DNA from: Azolla caroliniana
Taxonomy: Eukaryota; Plantae; Polypodiophyta
Length of the DNA: 64,000 bases
Assembly: GCA_043228905.1 (NCBI GenBank)
Contig: JBHGNT010000020.1
Coordinates: forward strand, 12,462,001 to 12,526,000
Direction: 5' to 3'
Part shown: piece by piece, positions 60,926-64,000 of the stretch
Layout: each line of letters opens with the position of its first letter
How positions within the stretch are numbered: the first letter of the stretch is position 1
The notes under the pieces: generated by a model
Database searches by the model: none
Told to the model about the DNA's origin: nothing
Seen by the model: only the letters and a program-made list of their open reading frames with translations
Made by a program: the position numbers and the translations under genes

Positions 60926-63900
60926 GTCTATACACACCATTTAAGTAATTGTCAATGTTCTTTTCCTCACTATGTATTGGGTCCCAATGATTTACTACGT
61001 GCAAACGGGTATATCAATGGATCTCCCGTACAATTTTTATTTGATTCGGGAAGCTCACACAATTTTGTGAATGATCGTTTGGTTCAGATATGGGGAATCC
61101 AACCCACCGTAAGTGATCACACCTACACGGTGCACTTGGCTGATGGAAGAGTACAATACATCAACGGGGCGATTCATTCATTAGGAATTTCTATTGATAC
61201 TTATATAGAGGAAGTAGACTTCCATGTAATGAATCTTTGTACCACCGATGTAATACTGGGTTATCCCTGGTTTTATAATAAAAACTCTTCTTTATTTATT
61301 GATTGGGTTCGTCATTCCATTTCTTTTGTACTGAACGATTGTACGCATTTTATTCAATGTGTAAAAAAACAATCCCTCTCGATTGTTTCCTCGTGTCCAT
61401 CAATATCCGAGTTGTCTTGTTCTACGTTATTTTATTGTGTACTTGATCCGGACATTCACGTTTACAACATCGATAATGTCCCGATTCAATTAACATATTT
61501 TGAACAACAACAACTTGATGAAATCTTAAATGATTTTCATGATGTTTTTCCAAGTGAACTACCTGATGGGTTACCTCCTAAACGTAATATAGACCATCGT
61601 ATAGATATTGTACCTGGTGTTGCACCAATAAGTATACCTCCGTATCGCTTAAGTCGATCCGAAGAAGATGAGGTATCTAAGCAACTCAAGGACTATTTAC
61701 GAATGGGTTATATACGTTATAGTAAATCTCCATGGGGTGCACCAGTTCTCTTGGTTAAAAAGAAAGAGGGCACATGGCGTATGTGTATTAATTACCGACG
61801 CTTGAATAAAGTGACGATCAAGAATTCGTATCCATTGCCCCGGGCTGACGATCTAATTGACCGTCTCCAGGGAGCTCGGTATTTTACGAAACTTGATCTC
61901 CGTACTGGCTACCATCAAATACGAATAAGTGAGGACGATGTTCCTAAAACGGCATTTCATACGCGCTATGGCCATTACGAGTTTTTGGTTATGCCTTTTG
62001 GTTTGACCAATGCTCCGACTACTTTTCAACAAGAAATGAATGACATTTTCCGAGAAAAACTTGGAAAATTTGTCGTTATTTTCTTGGATGATATTTTAGT
62101 TTATAGCCGTACATTACAAGAACATGCTAGACATGTCCGCTTTGTTTTACAAACATTGCGTGACAAACAGTTTTATGCGAAGATCTCAAAATGTGAGTTC
62201 TTCAAGAAATCAATTACTTATCTAGGACATCTCATAACCGAACGAGGAGTTGAAATTGATCCTTCTCGCATTGAGAAAATCAAGCTTTGGCCCACTCTTC
62301 GGAATATTCGAGAAGTTCGATCATTCCTTGGTTTTGTGGGGTTTTTGCGAAAGTCTCTTCGTAATTACTCCCAATTGACGACGCCGTTTACTGATCTTTT
62401 AAAAGGTCAAACGCGTAAGTCTACAAAACCTATTGTGTGGAATGCTACATTAGACCTTGCATTTAAGGAACTCAAGGACCTAGTTTGCAAGGCTCCTTCA
62501 CTTCTTTTACCTGATCCTTCAAAACCTTTTGAGGTTGAAACCGACGCAAGCGATTATGCTATAGGTGCTGTCTTGTATCAAGATGGTAAACCAATAGCAT
62601 TCGAGAGTAAGAAACTTGATTCTGCTCAATGTCGGTATACAGTTCAAGAAAAGGAATTATTTGCAGTTATACATGCGCTCAAAACATGGCGCCATTATCT
62701 TTATGGAAATCACTTTGTGGTAACTACGGACCACGAGTCCTTGAAATATTTTTGTGACCAACAAGACCTGAAAGGTCGTAAGGCACGATGGGCTGATCTC
62801 ATCCAGGACTTTGATTTTTCCATACGATATCGTAAAGGTTCCATGAACACTGTCGCTGATGCACTAAGTCGCATCCGTGAAGTTAACATGCTTAGCTTCA
62901 CTGAAATAACATCAGATCTTTATGATCACCTTCGAGGAAAGTATCCTGATGACAATTATTTTGCAAAATACTGGGCAAGAGTCGAGTCTGGAACAGACAC
63001 CACCACACCCTCGAAGGAATACTTCCACATTGCTAACGGTCTGCTCTACCGTAATGGGAAGGTTTGTGTTCCAGATTTACCTGAGGTCAAAAAGAGAATT
63101 CTTTTTGAATGCCATGATGCACCCTCAGCAGGGCACCCTGGAATACATCGTACACTCGTTCTCATCTCCACTCAATTTTATTGGCCTAAGATGCGTCCTG
63201 ACATACATAGCTATGTGACTAAATGTCACCAATGTCAGGTTAACAAAGCCGAGCGACTTAAAGCCGCAGGACTTTTACATCCCTTGGACATTCCCAATAA
63301 TAAGTGGGAAAGTATATCCATGGATTTTATTGTTAGCCTTCCTCGCACCCAAAAAGGTCATGATGCCATATGGGTTGTGGTTGACAGACTAACTAAAATG
63401 GCCAGATTTATTGCTACTAAAACCACGGTAACAGCTCCTGAATTGGCTTACCAATTCGTTGATGAGTTATTTCGTTTTTACGGGTTACCGATGGATATCG
63501 TGAGTGACCGAGATCCGAAGTTTACTAGTGACTTCTGGACGCAAGTCTTTAAGAAGTTAGAAACTACGTTGAGCATGAGCTCCACGGATCATCCTCAATC
63601 CGATGGACAGACAGAACGAGTAAATCAAATTATTGAGGACATGCTTCGAGCATACGTTGGTGCAAAACCAACAAAATGGGAACGTTACCTCCCAATTTTG
63701 GAGTTTGCTTATAACAGCTCCAAGCATACGTCGACGGGATATAGTCCTTTTATGTTGATGTATGGATTTCAGCCATGAGCCCCGATTGATGTTAATATAC
63801 ATCATGATGAGTTGCGAAGTACGCAAAACTTTCTTCGGGATATGCAAGATATGTTGCATATTGCACGGGATAATATAAAAACAGCTCAAGATAGAGCGCG

Positions 63901-64000
63901 TCTTTATGCCGATCATCACAGGCAACCTCGTGTATTCAGCCCTGGACAGAAGGTATTTTTACGTGTACCTCACAATTCTAAGACATTGTCTACAGGTAAG
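60926..64000 (+). pseudogene. Ty3/gypsy Pol, in frame with gag, with a premature TGA at 63776
   Basis: Protease [36 protein letters not shown], RNase [10 protein letters not shown], integrase HHCC plus SDRDPKF/QSDGQTE. The frame continues after the TGA (APIDV...IKTAQDRAR). Confidence 0.92.

Larger units (their letters stand above)
57816..64000 (+). mobile_element. Ty3/gypsy LTR retrotransposon (chromovirus-like pol), continues past the right edge
   Basis: 5' LTR 57816-58271 (TG...TA; the sister copy ends CA), PBS TGGTATCAGAGC at 58274-58285, ~1.7-kb leader, gag, then PR-RT-RH-IN. Confidence 0.95.

Overview
Repeat-rich eukaryotic nuclear DNA from a land plant with flagellated sperm. A fern or other seed-free plant is most likely (inference from a land-plant sn-2 GPAT alongside a ciliary DLEC1/CFAP81 gene and heavy retroelement load). 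Three host genes can be reconstructed by hand: a two-exon GPAT with a degenerate phosphatase domain (22503-25884, +), a ~12-exon DLEC1/CFAP81 homolog (32514-~40571, -) and a two-exon small plastid-targeted conserved protein (46905-49135, +). The mobile elements are: a nested Ty3/gypsy cluster with a hAT-type MITE (1-3056), an intact and very young Ty1/copia (11688-16969), two inverted RTE LINE copies around a cluster of convergent tRNA-like SINE units (41056-46299), a decayed L1 LINE (50005-55707) and a Ty3/gypsy running off the right edge (57816-64000). The most unusual signals are a regularly spaced hairpin array inside a probable spliceosomal leader intron of that gypsy, its in-frame gag-TAG-pol junction, the double-tRNA SINE units, and a long in-phase heat-shock-element array in an LTR-like relic. 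All calls come from reading the sequence and recalled family motifs; no database searches were run. About 4-11 kb, 17-21 kb and 26-32 kb remain largely unexplained decayed sequence.
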